Positions 60,578-64,000 of a stretch of DNA of 64,000 bases are shown here, in pieces. How positions within the stretch are numbered: the first letter of the stretch is position 1; every line of letters begins with the position of its first letter. Source of the stretch: Selaginella moellendorffii (taxonomy: Eukaryota > Plantae > Lycopodiophyta); assembly GCF_000143415.4 (NCBI RefSeq), contig NW_003314267.1:2955839-3019838 (forward strand), given 5' to 3'. The notes under the pieces are model-generated. The model was not told where the DNA came from. It ran no database searches and saw only the letters and a program-made list of their open reading frames with translations. The position numbers and the translations under genes were made by a program.

Positions 60578-61907
60578 ATGGCGGCGGCAGCGGCGGGCGA
60601 GGATGGGGCGAAGCATGGGGCGGGATCTATCGCTCGGCAGACCTCCATTTACTCGCTCACGCTGGACGAGCTCCAGACGACGCTCGGCGAGCCGGGGAAG
60701 AATTTCGGATCCATGAACATGGACGAGTTCCTCAAGAACATCTGGACCGCGGAGGAGAGCCAGGCAATGGCGGCGGCCATGGCGCCGGACAACAGCGCGC
60801 TGTGCCGGCAGCCCAGCCTCCGGGCGCCGCTGCCAAGGACTCTGAGCAGGAAGACGGTGGACGAGGTGTGGAAGGGCATCCATCGGCCGGGCGAGGAGGA
60901 TCAATCGCAAGGCGAGAATGGGCGAGAGGCGGCGCATGCAACGCAAGCCACTCTTGGAGAGATGACTTTGGAGGATTTTCTCATCAAGGCCGGGGTGATG
61001 AACGATGAAGCTGGCGCTGCTCAGGACCCAAAGCCTGTCGTGGCTACTGCGAATGGAGGCGGAGTTCCTCACGCTGCTGCGCTGGGTATGGAGTCCAACC
61101 AGCAGGGAGATTGGCTGGCGGCGAACCAGTATGGGAATACTGCGACGATGGCTGCCGCGATCTCTCAGCAGCAGCAGCAACACCAGCAGCAGCAGCAGCA
61201 GCAGCAGCAACGCCAGCAGCAGCAGTTCCTCCAGCAGCAAGTGGAGGTGGCGGCTTACATGAACGCTTCAAAGATGGGAAACGGAGGAGCTATGACTGCG
61301 CTTGGACAAGCTGGGATGTTTGGAGCGAGTTCTCCACCGAGCCCCGGATCGGACAGCCAAGGGAATGGTTTTGGGCTTCCTTCGATGGGATTCGGGATGG
61401 AAGGAAGGGGTCGGAAGAGGGGACTGGACGGACCGGTTGAGGTGGTTTTGGAGCGGAGGCAGCGACGGATGATCAAGAATCGCGAGTCGGCTGCGAGGTC
61501 TCGAGCTCGCAAACAGGTTGGTTCTCTTTCTTCCTGTCTGCTTTTGATATTTAGCATTGATGATGTCAAAGCTGAGACAAAGATTTGTTTTATGTTTTTC
61601 CAAGGCTTACACAGTGGAGCTGGAAGCCGAAGTGAGCCACCTCAAGGAAGAGAATACGAGGCTCAAGAAGCAACAGGTCAGATCCTTGGACTTTTTCTCT
61701 CCTTGGTTTCTAAAACAACGAGGAAACTTGCAGGAAGAATGCGAAGTGAGAGATAGAAAGCAAGCAAAGGTACTGGAAAAGAAATCAATCTTGCTGAGAT
61801 TTATTTTCCTTTCTTCGCAGATATTGGAAGCAATTGTATCCAAAAGCGAGCCTATGTGTTTACCAAAGCCAAAGCCATTGAAGAGAACGCTAACTGGGCC
61901 CTGGTAG
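60578..61907 (+). CDS. Group A bZIP transcription factor (ABI5/ABF/AREB-like)
   Basis: RQTSIYSLTLDELQ, GSMNMDEFLKNIW, LSRKTVDEVW, TLGEMTLEDFL, ERRQRRMIKNRESAARSRARKQAYT, C-terminal RTLTGPW; poly-Q (CAG)n ~61167-61220. Confidence 0.95.
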
Positions 61908-62128
61908 ATGTTAAGTCACTGCTCCTCTTAGCTATTAATGTGTACATTAACATTACATTAAGTTAACTGGAGTCAATCTCATCCAACGGCGTGGATGTGC
62001 CAGTAAACCATAGCCACAAGCTTCCACGAGCGTTTAAAGGCCGTTTGATCCAGTACGTGGACGGTCCAGATGGTGGCGTCCATCCAAAATCCTCTATCCC
62101 AGACCTAGGTCTTTGGAGTGGAGGAAGA

Positions 62129-62818
62129 ATGGCGATTGCTGTGGTGGACGCGTCAGGTACGTGCACGTCTTCTATGTTTTGCCCCGCGGCAGCTGCGTCG
62201 TCCTCGAGCGTCGCATTCGCAGCGTTGCCTTCTCCATCCTCGTCGTCGACACGAATCAGCGCGTCGTGGAGGAAATCCGCGAGCTTGAAATCGCAGCGGA
62301 GAGGCGGCACAGGCACGGGAGCTCTCAGGCGCCGATTCTCGGCCGCTTGCATCGTTTCCGAGACCAAGGAAGCCTCTCCAGGTGGATTTCTCTAGATTCA
62401 ATTGGATTCCAATGCCTGATCTGTAGCACTTTCATTTTGAGAACTTTTAGTTTGTCTTTTCTATGATGTTTCCCAATGCTGATCTTCGATTTTGTGATCT
62501 CCAGCCGGAGCTGTGGATGACACGACCTTTAAATCTCTAGTGCTCGAGTCTGAGATTCCCGTTTTGGTGGACTTCTGGGCTCCCTGGTGCGGGCCGTGCC
62601 GGATGCTGGACCCGGTGATCGACAGCATTGCCGAGAAATACAAGGGCAGGATCAAGTGTTACAAAGTTAACACCGATGACAGCTCCAAGACCGCAACGGA
62701 GCTGGGAATTCGCAGCATCCCGACGTGCATGATCTTCAAGCAAGGCGAGAGATTGGACACCGTCATAGGCTGCGTTCCAGAGACCACTTTGATTACCACC
62801 ATCGAGAAGTACATATGA
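62129..62818 (+). CDS. Plastid thioredoxin, m-type
   Basis: Ser-rich transit peptide exon; [42 protein letters not shown]...IEKY. Confidence 0.9.
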
Positions 62819-62899
62819 AGCAAACAGGGGGGTATAGCCTTTGACGTTTGCAGCTTGTTGCTCATCCGACCAGCCAAGAAGCCGAGAGAAAATAATTAC

Positions 62900-64000
62900 T
62901 TTGGTTAATTGAGCATCTTCTGTATTATACTTTGTCTACCTTCATTGCCAAGACAAATTTTATATTTAATCTTGTTGATATACTTAAGGGTTATATAAAA
63001 GGTTCAATGATGCTGTAGCTCTTTCAAACACTGTCATGGAATATAAAAATGGAATAGAAAAATGTACATCCCAATTAACCCAAAAACCTTTATTTATATA
63101 TAAAAACTAGAGGTTTGGATTAAAACCAATCTGATATCTATTAAAATTCCATTATGTTAATTTTAGTATACGGGCAATATATGAAAAGAAAGTGTACTTT
63201 ACTATCTTAAAAGAAAGTGTACTTTCTTTTCCTTTACAAACAGCTTTGATCCAATTGTTAGGTTTTTTTTGCTTCTCAAAAAATAGTGGTAACCATATTT
63301 TCAGCCTATTATAAATTATAAAATTAATAATAAAAATAATATATTTGTACCTTCCATTCTTCACAATGAGCTCTTCTTTTTATAGATTTTTCTTTTTGCA
63401 GATTATTTGAGTTAAGTGGAAGACAAAGAATGCCATATTTGGTTGTAACATTGCCACTTATCAATCATTCTACATTTACACCAGCAAAGCATGAAGTCCA
63501 ATTCAAAATCTTCTTTAGGGAGTGTGAACAACTTGATGGTTTTTTAGCAACTATGTTTGCATATATTTCAAAAATATTTATTATTTACTCTTCTTTTACA
63601 TTGACTAATTAACAAAGAGGAAATACCTAAGAAAAACTTCATATTAATTCTTCAAAACCTTTCTCTTCCCATTTAAATTGTTTATTAATAAATTTATCAA
63701 ATTTACTAATAAATCTATTTTTTTAAAATAGGGTTGTAGGATGATATCCCTATGGAAATGAGCCTCATGCTTTTCATTCAGAAAAATTGTTTGTAAATAA
63801 AACTTTATACACCTTATGTTATTACATTATCCCCTGATTCATAATTTACTATCATATGTTTAAAAATAATTAAATATGGAATTAATGTATTTCTAAAATA
63901 AAAAATCCTAATTTTTAATTATGTGTTACAATTGATTGAACTTACAAAAGAAAACTTTAAAGTGATTTATTTAAATAAACTATTATTATATTACTTTAAA
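62900..64000. other. Start of a second AT-rich, CpG-poor non-genic tract (probable TE-derived)
   Basis: Very AT-rich with almost no CG dinucleotides and no credible ORF. Confidence 0.5.

Noticed and set aside
63401-63445. LFELSGRQRMPYLV between splice-like sites, vaguely glutaredoxin/GST-N-like
   Set aside because: Too short and unsupported by adjacent exons to call.

Overview
This is compact land-plant nuclear DNA with about 33 protein-coding genes in 64 kb, many ~45-80 nt introns and tiny intergenic spaces. Those features, together with the tandem 31-aa S/SS-type PPR arrays, suggest the lycophyte Selaginella (inference). From left to right the genes are: a DAO-family oxidoreductase (3' end only), a conserved unknown protein, sulfite reductase, F-box/LRR, an ETR1-like ethylene receptor, a phytol/farnesol kinase, PPR, MMS19, a degenerate ribokinase-like protein, arogenate dehydrogenase, ASR, HBS1, CCDC115/Vma22, UDP-glucose dehydrogenase, soluble pyrophosphatase (with a U12 intron), armadillo-repeat kinesin, a CLE peptide, a class-3 lipase, tocopherol cyclase, a bacterial HdeD/DUF308-like membrane protein, a small putative secreted ORF, SufE1 (SufE-BolA), two tandem PLA1 genes and a second PPR. 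A ~5.5 kb AT-rich, transition-decayed island follows, holding a satellite array, an LTR relic and a GCP1/TsaD pseudogene. After it come an MBD-like/OBERON-PHD protein, a C2 protein, PP2-A10-like, a TLC protein, RNase H1, a Tim17-family protein, an ABI5/ABF bZIP, thioredoxin m and a final AT-rich tract. The most interesting items are the HdeD-like gene with eukaryotic sorting signals, the MBD-PHD fusion, the pseudo-ribokinase and the hypermutated captured gene copy. All gene models were spliced by eye; CDS coordinates run start to stop including introns.
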